A stretch of 64,000 bases of DNA from Myxococcota bacterium (GTDB lineage: Bacteria; Myxococcota_A; UBA796; UBA2385). The DNA lies in NCBI GenBank assembly GCA_044344255.1, contig JBIJDH010000012.1:1-64000 (forward strand). Reading direction: 5' to 3'. Both the position numbers and the translations under genes were made by a program. This document shows, piece by piece, positions 55,901 to 64,000 of this stretch. The notes below the pieces were generated by a model that did no database searches, was not told the DNA's origin, and saw only the letters and a list, made by a program, of their open reading frames with translations. Numbering within the stretch: the first letter of the stretch is position 1; the number at the start of each line of letters is the position of its first letter.

Positions 55901-57797
55901 AGTATCCCTTGTCGAAGTCGAGCTTGAGCTCCTCCTTCGGCCGCCCGGACCAATAGCCGAGGATCTGGCTCCAGTCGTCGGAGTGTCGATAGGCGACGAG
56001 GAGCTGACCGTCCACGAAGCGGAGGCCGTGCAGGCGGCCCCCCTTCTTGATCTTCAGGTCGTGGGCGAAGAGGCGGCCCTCGGCGCCGACGACGATGGCG
56101 CGCCGCTCGTCGTGGACCACCGCCCACGGTGCGAGGCAGGTGACCTCGAGGTCGCTGTTCCCCGTGCCCTCGAGCTCGACCACCGCCTCGTCGAAGGCGG
56201 GCCAGCAGAGCTCATCGAAGACGCCGCTGCGGAGCGTGCGGAGCAGGTTGGGCGCGAGGTCGACGGCGGCGAGGTGGGCCGCCGCGTCGGGGAACTCCTC
56301 GAGGGCGGCGACGGTGGCCGCCGCGCGCAGGGTCTCGAGCGCGGCCTCGCAGGCGGGGAGCCCGGAGTCCACGAGCTCGTCGATGGTCTCGAGCAGGTGC
56401 GCGTGTCGGGCCTCTCGGAAGGCGGACTTTCCAGGCGCGACCCGCTGGAAGTCGGCGTCGGTGAGCTCGTTGCGGACCGACTGGGTGAGGAGCGGGCCGA
56501 GCAGGGGGTGAGCGGCGAGCGAGACAGGGTCCCGGTGGCCCGCAGGCCCGTTCACGTCTTCGTCATTCGCCCAGGTGTCGAGGGAGAAGGTGGCGGTGTC
56601 GTCGGGATCGGCGAAGGCGAGGGCGACCCCGCGGCGACAGAGCTCATCGAAGGCGTCGACGGAGCGCACCCGCCAGACATCGGCGCCCATCACCAGGACG
56701 GGCGCGCCCTCCGCCACGAGGCGGTCCGACAGCTCGATGACCAGCTCGAGCAGCAGCTTCGGCGTGTCATCCCAGGCGATGAGGGCCCGCTTCATCCAGG
56801 CCGCCGCGCCGCCTTCGACGCCCTCGCGGGCGAGCCGGCCCACGAAGCCCCACTGCCGCAGCCAGCCGAGCCAGGTGGCAGCGTCGTCGTCGTCGAATTC
56901 GGGGAAGAGCCGGAGGAGCGTGTCGGCGACCCCCGGGGCCTCGCGGAGGCGCTGCACGGTCGCGGCCGCCTCCTTCCAGTAGCCGATGGGCGCCTTCTTG
57001 AGCGCGGGGGCCTGCAGCACCGAAAGGAAGAAGCTCGACTCCTCGGCGAGCGGGTCCTGGCCGGCGGCGCGCGCCAGGTCCCGGAGGTCCTTGTGGAGCG
57101 AGGCCCACGGGGAGAGGCCGCCGAGGGTGCGCTTCTGCACGAGCTCTCGGAAGCGGGCGTAGGCCTCGGCCGGCCCCTTCGACTTCTTGAGCTCCGCCGG
57201 CCAGCTCTGGAGGGTCTTGACGTTGAGCGCGCCGGCGAGGGCGAACTCGAGGAAGGCGTCGGCCTTGTCTTGCTCGTCGACGGCGAGGCCGTGCTGCCGC
57301 TCGGCGCCGCGGGCCTTCTCGAAGGCCGAGGCCGCCATCGCCTGGGCGCCGCCGTCGATGAAGGCGCGGCCCGCCTCCTCCCAGTAGGAGGGCAAGAAGT
57401 GCGGGGCCTTACGGCCGAGGTCTTCGGCGATCGCCTGGAAGGCGTCCCGGGCGTGGCCGGGCTTGCTCGCGACCTTCTTCTTCGCCGCGGCGAAGGTCTT
57501 CATCACGTCGAGGGCGAAGCGCGCGTTCTCCGGATCGTGCACGAGGGCCCAGCCGGGGAAGCCGAGGTTGCGGTGCCGCTGCCGGGCGATGTCATCGGCC
57601 TTGCCGGTGAGGCGAAAGCCCCCGAGGCCGAGCGCGGTGACCGAGCCGCGGGCGACCGCGTCGGGCACGAGCTTGACGAGGGTGCGGCCGGGGATCGCCG
57701 GGTGCGAGAATGCGAGGGCGTCCACCGTGTCGGTGGCCTCCACCGCGTGCTGAGGGGGGATCATCCCGCCGGCGGCGACGACGACTTCGGGGCGCAT
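52968..57797 (-). CDS. 1609-aa conserved hypothetical protein of the type found with DUF4132 and YehL-like ATPases
   Basis: SD GGAG before ATG; 4-nt overlap with the AAA+ gene; LGFPGWALVHDP, HFLPSYWEEAGR, FLEFALAGAL and C-terminal LYLQLL...RARAGR..FLPGGW motifs; strong GC3 bias. Confidence 0.8.
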   Translation of the reverse strand: MRPEVVVAAGGMIPPQHAVEATDTVDALAFSHPAIPGRTLVKLVPDAVARGSVTALGLGGFRLTGKADDIARQRHRNLGFPGWALVHDPENARFALDVMKTFAAAKKKVASKPGHARDAFQAIAEDLGRKAPHFLPSYWEEAGRAFIDGGAQAMAASAFEKARGAERQHGLAVDEQDKADAFLEFALAGALNVKTLQSWPAELKKSKGPAEAYARFRELVQKRTLGGLSPWASLHKDLRDLARAAGQDPLAEESSFFLSVLQAPALKKAPIGYWKEAAATVQRLREAPGVADTLLRLFPEFDDDDAATWLGWLRQWGFVGRLAREGVEGGAAAWMKRALIAWDDTPKLLLELVIELSDRLVAEGAPVLVMGADVWRVRSVDAFDELCRRGVALAFADPDDTATFSLDTWANDEDVNGPAGHRDPVSLAAHPLLGPLLTQSVRNELTDADFQRVAPGKSAFREARHAHLLETIDELVDSGLPACEAALETLRAAATVAALEEFPDAAAHLAAVDLAPNLLRTLRSGVFDELCWPAFDEAVVELEGTGNSDLEVTCLAPWAVVHDERRAIVVGAEGRLFAHDLKIKKGGRLHGLRFVDGQLLVAYRHSDDWSQILGYWSGRPKEELKLDFDKGYSEQLSTPPARGGGVLSGGRRLRVGDTHVEKGDFFADGEGVWKTDDEGALAAVDPETGKLRGKDHPAFLAPRDGVDPDLSDSEYLPLGGEGSPLGGVGGQYGFVVFNLDALKGDEARAWIERHAPGAFVSVNPDEDQTRVGIHLDGRAVVLDTDPIGLLRFPGAERPVVLFEPGWRDQGWMDVEGQQLAVIDDDNDRFRFGTRRPPPFPLWHHLRPRDLAGSAALRALGIDAVRALLAAADGKAEETEEHRLALVPVVKAELGIPTDALARGVAAIVLYAADLCRQLRELRAERLEGAVVAGKGEASEEDSGLRDVLSGFYQGWNISGSVVATLDAATRFFAGEEVAVPSCELPWQGWLGREGALAFAGLAAGTTEAERAHVARVLGALARSRFTDAAGLRRLKLELPRGAELLRWETRWGDRYLVEAWAAALPSGRFLFWGAEDDEDAGKVVVECFQVGAEPLVLPPEARVLSEQPGSAFAVDGAWLEGLLEGYTERSLPVDETAYAALSEETGVGRVEAIAIWLGLKKLRSYERDPLGKAARDVAGLKLAEAKLARDTLGGTDLDQRALAYHRGLHGLPREALVDGPRLGRRLGEAWAAVFGKRIPVDDALLKAVRVDFPGDDGPAALIGLAGLGGEARWQADGRLRLDHNGDIVGADVPEGEERGVWFDEAALGEALGVMTWVYANTPTGDPLRANVVQLFSALRARMQSPSLLFTVCSGSGKALKAWFKRQGGAPLALPPRPEDPDSEAVEAPEAREERGLIAVLEHDDVKVHVRVASVADDTLREVEKIVRLEDNWEGAANHARIQLFRRPGIAALAARCAPGLLPDGVWEQDPRRSAPAVVHAAAKRLGLTEEAATLYLQLLCLSNPTRANVLSWNGWKAALYTSSMAALVEKKLVVEAKRARAGRDHFLPGGWRERKGGSLPLEEWKLPLYEAAEAPPLGQIVPLEPFGALFERAWKRIEAGDLPKYEKVK

Positions 57798-57810
57798 GGG
57801 ACACTCCAGG

Positions 57811-57836
57811 GGCAGGCAGGCAGGCAGGCAGGCAGG
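57811..57836. repeat. (GGCA)6 tetranucleotide microsatellite
   Basis: Six perfect GGCA units at 57811-57834 plus GG, immediately upstream of the RBS of the 1609-aa gene. Confidence 0.95.
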
Positions 57837-57885
57837 TCAGGGCAAGAGCGGGGCGGGGCGGGCGGGATCCGAGGGAGGACCGGCC

Positions 57886-59091
57886 TCAGGCGTTCTCGTC
57901 GTCCTGCTTCTCTTCCACCGTGCGCTTCTTGTAGATCGAGGCGGCCATCCGCATCCCTTCGGACCAGGCCACCGGGCCCACCGCCTTCATCGGCAGGCAG
58001 CGCCCCTCGGCGTCCACCCAGCAGAGGCCGCCGGTGGTGGTCTCGTACATCGGATCGCCCTCGCCGAGCTCATAGCGGGCCTCGACGCTACGCTCTCCCT
58101 CGAAGATGGTGGTGGACGCCGAGCCCCCGCGCACCCGATAGCCGCCGCGGCGGGCCTCCCCCATCGCCGAGGCGAGGAGCGGGAACTCACCGCCGGACCA
58201 CTGGTTGTTCCAGGTCTCGTCGGCCTTGCCGTCCCCGGTGTCGGCGGGCTTCGTGAAGGTCTCGCGAAAGAGCTGGGAGAGCCCCTGCTGGAGGCCGACC
58301 TCGGCGAGCAAGGAGCGCCAGTCATCGAGCTCTTGGAGGAGGATCGGGTGGGGGACCCAAACCTCCTCGGCCTGCAGCCAGACGGTCTCCCCGTCGAGCG
58401 TGACGACGCCGAGGCCCCGCTCGGCGTCGACGCCGCGGAAGATCCCGCCCCCGTCGGTGCCGTCCACGAGGATCACCGCGTTCTCGAGCACCGCGCGCCA
58501 GTCGGGATCGGGCCAGACCGCGGCGAGCACGGCGCGGGGCACCGGCAGCGAGCGCAACATCCAGAGCTCCACCTGCTGCCGGCACTCGACGGCGTGGGCC
58601 TCGAGGATCTCGAGCGCCTCCTGGAGCTGGAGGAAGGCCTCGGACTCCTTCACCTCCTTCGGCACGCTGGCGAGCTCCTTGCCCTTGGCGTTGCGAGCGA
58701 CGATCTTGGCGTCTCGCACGGTGAGCATGTAGCCCTTGCCGGCGTCCAACCAGCCGTCGGAGGGCGGCGCCTCCGCCACCTCGATCGGCGCCGCGACCGG
58801 CGCGGGACGAGCCGCGCGCGCGGCGGGCGCGGCGGGCGCGGCGGGCGCGGCGGGCGCGGCGGGCGCGACGGCTGCGGTGGCTGCGGCGCCGACCTCGGCG
58901 TAGCCCTTCTTGGTCTTCTCCTTCACGAGCTTGTCGTGCTCGGCCAGGGCCTTCGACTCGCTGTCGTAGGCCTTGACCTGGGACTGGCCCTCCGTCCCGA
59001 TTCGCCCGTATCGGACGGTGAAGGAGAGGCCGGCGAGGGTGATCTCCCAGAACTTGCTGGAGGTGCCTTCTACGAGCTCATAGCGGGGCAT
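57886..59091 (-). CDS. WGR domain - Ala/Pro linker - DUF4132-like protein
   Basis: SSKFWEI...YGRIGTEGQ...KTKKGY (WGR); SVPKEVK, HPILL, WRSLL, QLFRETF and WSEGMR (DUF4132-like). Confidence 0.82.
   Translation of the reverse strand: MPRYELVEGTSSKFWEITLAGLSFTVRYGRIGTEGQSQVKAYDSESKALAEHDKLVKEKTKKGYAEVGAAATAAVAPAAPAAPAAPAAPAARAARPAPVAAPIEVAEAPPSDGWLDAGKGYMLTVRDAKIVARNAKGKELASVPKEVKESEAFLQLQEALEILEAHAVECRQQVELWMLRSLPVPRAVLAAVWPDPDWRAVLENAVILVDGTDGGGIFRGVDAERGLGVVTLDGETVWLQAEEVWVPHPILLQELDDWRSLLAEVGLQQGLSQLFRETFTKPADTGDGKADETWNNQWSGGEFPLLASAMGEARRGGYRVRGGSASTTIFEGERSVEARYELGEGDPMYETTTGGLCWVDAEGRCLPMKAVGPVAWSEGMRMAASIYKKRTVEEKQDDENA
58820..58864. repeat. (GCGGCGGGC)5 in-frame repeat encoding the (APA)5 linker
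   Basis: Five perfect 9-bp units between the WGR and DUF4132-like domains. Confidence 0.9.
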
Positions 59092-59115
59092 GCGGATCCT
59101 CAGAGCGCAGGGCTC

Positions 59116-59146
59116 TCGGTGCGCGGGGCCTTCGGTGCGCGGGGCC
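59116..59146. repeat. 15-bp direct repeat TCGGTGCGCGGGGCC x2 upstream of the WGR gene
   Basis: 59116-59130 and 59132-59146. Confidence 0.9.
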
Positions 59147-59214
59147 AAATCAGCCGTCGAGATATCCTGTGGGATCGGCGAGGGGCGGGCAAATATCGTC
59201 CGACCCTACCCTCG

Positions 59215-59775
59215 TCACCCGCCGGGCCCTCCTCCCGCGAGGCGCGCCGGGTGAGCGGCGATCCGCGCCTCCTGCGAGAGGGTCTCGATGGCGCGCGGGC
59301 CGCGGACGAGGCGGACCGCGGCGATCGCCGCCTCGGGGCTGAGGCCTCGCCCACGGAGCACGCAGGCGGCGATCATCCCGGCTCGCCCGAGGCCCCCCGC
59401 GCAGTGCAGGAGCACCGTCTCGCCGCGGGCGAGGGCCGCCTCCGCCACCGCGACCGCCCGCTCCACCGCCCCAGCTCCGCCGGCGCTGCCGTCGCGGAGG
59501 GGGACGTGGTGCAGGGTGAGGCCGCGCCGGGCGTAGGCCTCAAAGAGCCCGGGGACCCCGTAGACGCCGAGCTCGAAGGCCTCGACGAGGCAGATGACGG
59601 TGGCGACGCGGGCCGCGACCAGCTCCTCGACGTCGGCCTCGAGCTCCCGCCCCCGATCCCGTCGCCCCGGGAGCAGCGTGAGGCCGAGCCGCCCCGGGGC
59701 GGTGAGCTCGGCGGGCAGCAGGTCGACCCGAAGGGGATCGGGACGGGCCGCGGAGGGCAGGGTCCCGATCGTCAA
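59215..59775 (-). CDS. Dual-specificity/tyrosine phosphatase (CDKN3-like)
   Basis: HCAGGLGRAG CX5R loop, GRLGLTLLPG, HVPLRDG, AIETLSQ. Confidence 0.88.
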   Translation of the reverse strand: MTIGTLPSAARPDPLRVDLLPAELTAPGRLGLTLLPGRRDRGRELEADVEELVAARVATVICLVEAFELGVYGVPGLFEAYARRGLTLHHVPLRDGSAGGAGAVERAVAVAEAALARGETVLLHCAGGLGRAGMIAACVLRGRGLSPEAAIAAVRLVRGPRAIETLSQEARIAAHPARLAGGGPGG

Positions 59776-60521
59776 CCGAGGAACCGCTCGAGGCTGGTGG
59801 CCAGCGCGACCGGCACCTCGAACATCGGGTAATGACCGGCGTTGGCGAGCACCTCCACCGTCGCATGCGGACAGGTGGCCCGGGTGGTGGCCTCGATGAG
59901 CGAGGCCGGCACCGCGGGGTCATGCTCGCCCAGGATGACGTGGAGGGGCGCCCGGATGCGCGCCGCATCTTCGGCGAAGTTGGTGCGGCCCCACGCCTGC
60001 AGGCAGCCCGCGAAGGCCTCCTCGGTGGAGTTCTCCAGAGAGGACTCGAGGAGCTGACGGATGAAGAAGGGGGACAGCCGCTTGCCGGTGGTGAGGTCGA
60101 GGATGGCGCGCCGGGCCTCCGGCTGGGTGGCGGCCGAGGAGAAGAAGGCCCAGCCCGCCTCGTCGAAGGGGTAGCCAGAGGCGGGCACCCCGTTGACGCA
60201 GGCCACCCTTGAGACCCGCTCTGGCGCCAGCGTGGCGACCCGCTGCGCGAACATGCCCCCCATCGAGTGCCCGAGCACAGCGAAGTGCGACCACCCGAGG
60301 GCGTCGGCGACGGAGAGGGCGTCATGCGCGATCTCGTCGGCGGTCCAGGTTCCTCGCGCGTCCTTGTTACGACCGTAGCCCCGGATGTCGACGAAGGCGT
60401 AGGTGAAGCGCTCCGGATCGATGGAGTCGACCAGCGGACCCCACGCGCCCGCGTGGCCGAACCATCCGTGGATGGCGAGCACGGGGTTGGGACCTTCGCC
60501 GAAGATGCGTGCGCCGTTCAT
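59772..60521 (-). CDS. Alpha/beta hydrolase
   Basis: HGWFG, DIRGYG, GHSMGG, GEHD, GHYP. Confidence 0.92.
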   Translation of the reverse strand: MNGARIFGEGPNPVLAIHGWFGHAGAWGPLVDSIDPERFTYAFVDIRGYGRNKDARGTWTADEIAHDALSVADALGWSHFAVLGHSMGGMFAQRVATLAPERVSRVACVNGVPASGYPFDEAGWAFFSSAATQPEARRAILDLTTGKRLSPFFIRQLLESSLENSTEEAFAGCLQAWGRTNFAEDAARIRAPLHVILGEHDPAVPASLIEATTRATCPHATVEVLANAGHYPMFEVPVALATSLERFLG

Positions 60522-60679
60522 GAGACCTCCGAGGGCTGGCCACGATACTTCGTCCGGTGAAGGGTGCCCAGACCCGCGGCCCAGCCGAGGTCGCGCCGAT
60601 CACCGGCTCCCCCTGATTTGGCTGCAATTGATCTGCGCCATCGGCTATCATCGGCTGCCCGGCCGTCTTGGAGGTCCGC

Positions 60680-61954
60680 ATGTTCCTGGCCCTGTTCGTC
60701 GCGTGTGCCGCCTTGGTGGCCACGATCGACTCGCCTCGCCCCCCCAGCGAGGGCCAGCCCGCAGGAGAACCCACGGGCGAAGGCGCCCTCGGCGGCGCCG
60801 CCTTCGCCTCCCCCACCGGGAGCCCGATGTGGCGGGTGGACTGCGCGGGCGGGGCCGACTTCACCACCATCGGCGAGGCCATCGAGGCCGCCGACGACGG
60901 CGACTGGATCTCGGTCGAGCCCTGCACCTACGCAGAGTCGATCGACTTCGGCGGCAAGACCCTCTGGATCGCCTCGACCGCCGGATCGGGCAGCACGATC
61001 CTCGACGCCGGGGGCCACCGGGCCATCACCGCCGACAAGGGCACCGGCGACGGCACCGCGGTGGTGGGCTTCACCATCCGCGACGCCCACGACACCTCCA
61101 TCGCCGCGGTCTACACCGACCTCAGCGCCCTGCGGCTCGAAGACATCACCTTCGAGGACTCTTCAGGGGCCTACGCCGTCATCTACTCGGGCTCGAGCGA
61201 CCTCGAGCTCCAAGACGTCACCCTCGGGGACTCCAACGACGTCGGCTACTACGGCATGATCTTCTCCAGCCGCGGCGCCCTGATCGCCGACGCCCTCACC
61301 GTCGACTGCAAGGGCCGCGGCACGGCCGTCTACACAGGGCACGGCTCGTACTTCATCGACCACAGCACGCTCACCTGCGGCGGCGGCACCTCGATCCAGA
61401 ATGAACACTCCACCGGACGTGTGCACCGGTCCGTCTTCACCAACGCGGTGACCGTGGTCTCCGAGGATGACCACTACACCGACGCCGTCCTCTTCGAGAA
61501 CGTCTACTTCTCGGGCACCATCAGCGTCACCTACGGCGCCATCGTGCTGCAGAACAGCTTGCTCGACGGGGCGACGCTGAACCTCAACCAGGTGTACGGG
61601 ACGTACATCCGTTCGAGCGTCATCCAGCACAGCCGCTGCCCGATCACGAGCACCTTCACCCCCGTGATCGACACCGCGGAGCCCGCGCCAGACCCCATCG
61701 AGGAGGTCGTGTACTCCGACTTCTATGACCTGAACAGTGAGCACTGTGACGGCATCACGACGTACTCTGGGGAGAACGGCAACATCGCCGTCGATCCCAA
61801 ATTCACGGACGAGGCGGGCGGCGACTTCACGCTCAAGTCGAGCTCGCCGCTGATCGACGCCGGCCAGCCCGACGCCGTCTACAACGATCCCGACGGGAGC
61901 CTGAACGACATCGGGCTCTACGGCGGCCCCCGCAGCATGGGAGGTGGCTGGTGA
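60680..61954 (+). CDS. Secreted pectin-lyase-like beta-helix protein (paralog 1)
   Basis: GGAGGT SD; DFTTIGEAIEAADDGDWISVEPCTY N-cap; C-terminal SPLIDAG...DGSLNDIGLYGGP. Confidence 0.78.
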   Translation: MFLALFVACAALVATIDSPRPPSEGQPAGEPTGEGALGGAAFASPTGSPMWRVDCAGGADFTTIGEAIEAADDGDWISVEPCTYAESIDFGGKTLWIASTAGSGSTILDAGGHRAITADKGTGDGTAVVGFTIRDAHDTSIAAVYTDLSALRLEDITFEDSSGAYAVIYSGSSDLELQDVTLGDSNDVGYYGMIFSSRGALIADALTVDCKGRGTAVYTGHGSYFIDHSTLTCGGGTSIQNEHSTGRVHRSVFTNAVTVVSEDDHYTDAVLFENVYFSGTISVTYGAIVLQNSLLDGATLNLNQVYGTYIRSSVIQHSRCPITSTFTPVIDTAEPAPDPIEEVVYSDFYDLNSEHCDGITTYSGENGNIAVDPKFTDEAGGDFTLKSSSPLIDAGQPDAVYNDPDGSLNDIGLYGGPRSMGGGW

Positions 61955-63324
61955 GCCGCATCGCCTCGATCACCTTCGCGCTCAGCGTCTCCGTCTGCGC
62001 CGCCCTCAGCGCCTGCGGCGCGGGCTCGCTCTCCCTCGAGAAGGGCTCGACCACCGACTCGGGTGATCCGAACGGAGACGACGGCACCGATGGCGCCGAC
62101 GGAACCGACGGCACCGATGGGACAGACGGCACCGACGGCACGGACGGCACCGACGGCACCGACGGAACCGATGGGGGTGACTCGGGGGACACCGGAGACC
62201 CTGTGCTGCCCGAGGCCGACATCATCGTCGACTGTGAAGGCGCCGGGGACTACACGGCGATCCAGCCCGCCATCGAGGCCAGCACGAGCGGTGACGTCAT
62301 CGGCGTCCAGCCCTGCATCTACCGGGAGCGGCTCGACTTCCTCGGCAAGACCATCACGGTCTGGGGCGTCGAGGGCCCGGAGGTCACGATCCTCGACGCC
62401 GAAGGGACCGGCACCGTCGTCAACGTCGAGACGGGCGAGGGCGCGGGCACGCGGATGGCCGGCTTCACGATCACCGGCGGCTACGACGAGTACAACGGCG
62501 CGGCCTTCGAGATCGCGTCGTCCAACCTCGAGCTCGAAGACATCATCATCAGCGGGAACCTCGACGGGCAGTCGATGATCGAGAACGTCGGCGGCTGGGT
62601 CGATCTCACCCGCGTCACCATCACTGGCAACGACGTCAACAGCACCGGCTACACCATCTTCGCGCCGGCGGGCTCGCTCACGCTCGACAGCGTCGAGCTC
62701 GACTGCGACAACGGCGTGGCGGGGATCTACGCCCATCTGCCGCTGCTCATCGACTACTCGGACATCCGCTGCGACACCGGCTATGGCATTCAGAACTACC
62801 ATGGTGAGCTCTGGCTCCAACGGAGCAGGGTGACCGGCGGCATCTACGGGCTGCACACCTATGACAGCGAGCCCACGGTGGAGGAGCCCGACTCGCCCAC
62901 CGAGCGGATGGTGGTGTACAATTCCTTCGTCAGCGGAGGCTCAATCGGGATCTACGTGCGCTGGCAAGACGCGCGGATCGTGAACTCGGTGATCACGGGC
63001 GGAGACTCCGCGATGGCGATGGAGATCTGCAACACCGCCAGCTACGCGCGTAACAGCGTGTTCATGGGCGGCGTCTGTGGCATCACGAGTGACCAGCCCC
63101 TGACGGAGAAGTTCAACGCCTTCTGGGGAAACACCACCGACGGCTGCGGCACCACGGTGTCCCCGGCGGTCAGCGATGATCCGCTGTTCAGCAACTTCCC
63201 GGACGACCTCAGCCTGCTCCCGGGCAGCCCGCTCATCGACGCGGGCGACCCGAACGCAACCTACGATGACGTGGACGGCAGTCGAAACGACATCGGGATG
63301 TACGGCGGCCCCTGGGGACAGTGA
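61951..63324 (+). CDS. Lipoprotein, pectin-lyase-like beta-helix protein (paralog 2) with (DGT)n linker
   Basis: Lipobox LSAC; DYTAIQPAIEASTSGDVIGVQPCIY; C-terminal SPLIDAG...DGSRNDIGMYGGP. Confidence 0.8.
   Translation: MSRIASITFALSVSVCAALSACGAGSLSLEKGSTTDSGDPNGDDGTDGADGTDGTDGTDGTDGTDGTDGTDGTDGGDSGDTGDPVLPEADIIVDCEGAGDYTAIQPAIEASTSGDVIGVQPCIYRERLDFLGKTITVWGVEGPEVTILDAEGTGTVVNVETGEGAGTRMAGFTITGGYDEYNGAAFEIASSNLELEDIIISGNLDGQSMIENVGGWVDLTRVTITGNDVNSTGYTIFAPAGSLTLDSVELDCDNGVAGIYAHLPLLIDYSDIRCDTGYGIQNYHGELWLQRSRVTGGIYGLHTYDSEPTVEEPDSPTERMVVYNSFVSGGSIGIYVRWQDARIVNSVITGGDSAMAMEICNTASYARNSVFMGGVCGITSDQPLTEKFNAFWGNTTDGCGTTVSPAVSDDPLFSNFPDDLSLLPGSPLIDAGDPNATYDDVDGSRNDIGMYGGPWGQ
62080..62175 (+). repeat. 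In-frame 9-bp repeats encoding about ten DGT/DGA tripeptides
   Basis: GA[CT]GGNACN units with synonymous variation. Confidence 0.9.
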
Positions 63325-63399
63325 GCGGGGCACCGGCCCTGCCCGGTCGAGCCGCTCGGCCGACTCGGGCACCCCCGCACGCGCTATTGTCCCTCCGCG

Positions 63400-64000
63400 A
63401 TGACCCACGCCACCCTCCCCCCTGATCCGACGTCCACCCCCATGGGCCGAGACGGCCGCCGGCCCCCGAGCGGGCTGCCCGCCGCGGTGGGTGGGGGGCG
63501 GTACGTCCTCGGCGAGCCGATCGGCGCCGGCGGCACAGCCTGGGTCTTCCGCGCCCAGGATGGCCTGCTCGGGGTGCAACGAGCGGTGAAGGTGCTCAGC
63601 ACAGAGACGCTGGGCCGGGAGTCCCTGCGGGCCCGCCTCCGCTCCGAGGCGCGGGCGATGGCGCGGATCGAACACCCGAACATCCTCCGCGTCTTCGACG
63701 TGGGCGCCGAGGGGCCCTTTGACTGGGTGGTGATGGAGCTGGCCGACGGCGGCTCGCTCCAAGAGCGCCTCGACCTCGCCGGCCCGCTGCCCCCCCACGA
63801 AGCCGTCAGGGTGACCCTTCAGGTCCTCTCTGCGCTCTGCGCGGCCCACGAGGCGGGCGTCGTGCACCGAGACGTCAAGCCCCACAACATCCTGCTCGGG
63901 CGGGATGGGGTGGCCCGCTTGGCCGACTTCGGCATCGCGCTCCTCAACGCCGAAGACGAGGTGCGCCAGACCCGCGCCGGTGTGTCGATGGGCACCCTCG
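63400..64000 (+). CDS. Ser/Thr protein kinase, truncated at window end (absent from ORF track)
   Basis: From ATG 63400: RYVLGEPIGAGGTAWV, AVKVL, EARAMARIEHPNI, HRDVKPHN, ADFG, MGTL. Confidence 0.92.
   Translation, partial: MTHATLPPDPTSTPMGRDGRRPPSGLPAAVGGGRYVLGEPIGAGGTAWVFRAQDGLLGVQRAVKVLSTETLGRESLRARLRSEARAMARIEHPNILRVFDVGAEGPFDWVVMELADGGSLQERLDLAGPLPPHEAVRVTLQVLSALCAAHEAGVVHRDVKPHNILLGRDGVARLADFGIALLNAEDEVRQTRAGVSMGTL

Noticed and set aside
52953..58256. 1767-aa plus-strand ORF
   Set aside because: Antisense shadow of the 1609-aa and WGR genes; stop-free antisense frames are expected with strong GC3 bias and it has no recognisable motifs
1..64000. tRNA, rRNA, prophage or integrase genes
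   Set aside because: No cloverleaf, rRNA-like or phage hallmark sequences recognised by eye; a covariance-model scan would be needed to exclude small RNAs

Overview
Very GC-rich bacterial chromosome segment (GC judged by eye, not computed). The gene content (Ser/Thr kinases, an ECF sigma factor, many acidic surface lipoproteins) suggests a Myxococcota/Deltaproteobacteria-like organism; this is inference. It opens with the 3' end of an ISAs1-family IS. It then carries a PAI-like flavoprotein, a MoxR-DUF58-transglutaminase operon, an ECF sigma divergent from a kinase-NACHT-membrane fusion, a TetR-regulated ABC exporter, scoAB, rpsP-khpA-rimM-trmD-rplS-yraN, lhr, pccB, several beta-helix/propeller lipoproteins, murI-ftsEX-envC-S41 protease-deacetylase, nadD, zwf-edd-eda, a WGR-DUF4132 / 1609-aa protein / AAA+ module, and a truncated kinase. 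No rRNA, tRNA or CRISPR array was seen. Best candidates for unexplored biology: (1) the WGR-DUF4132/giant protein/AAA+ module, which lacks its usual vWA partner and has a (GGCA)6 tract next to an RBS; (2) the ECF plus kinase-NACHT-TM pair; (3) rimM with no canonical start codon, in frame behind the khpA stop; (4) structured rpsP and rplS leaders; (5) recurrent short tandem duplications at gene ends. Family assignments come from motif recognition only, with no database searches. Many starts were moved downstream of the ORF-track starts and are estimates.
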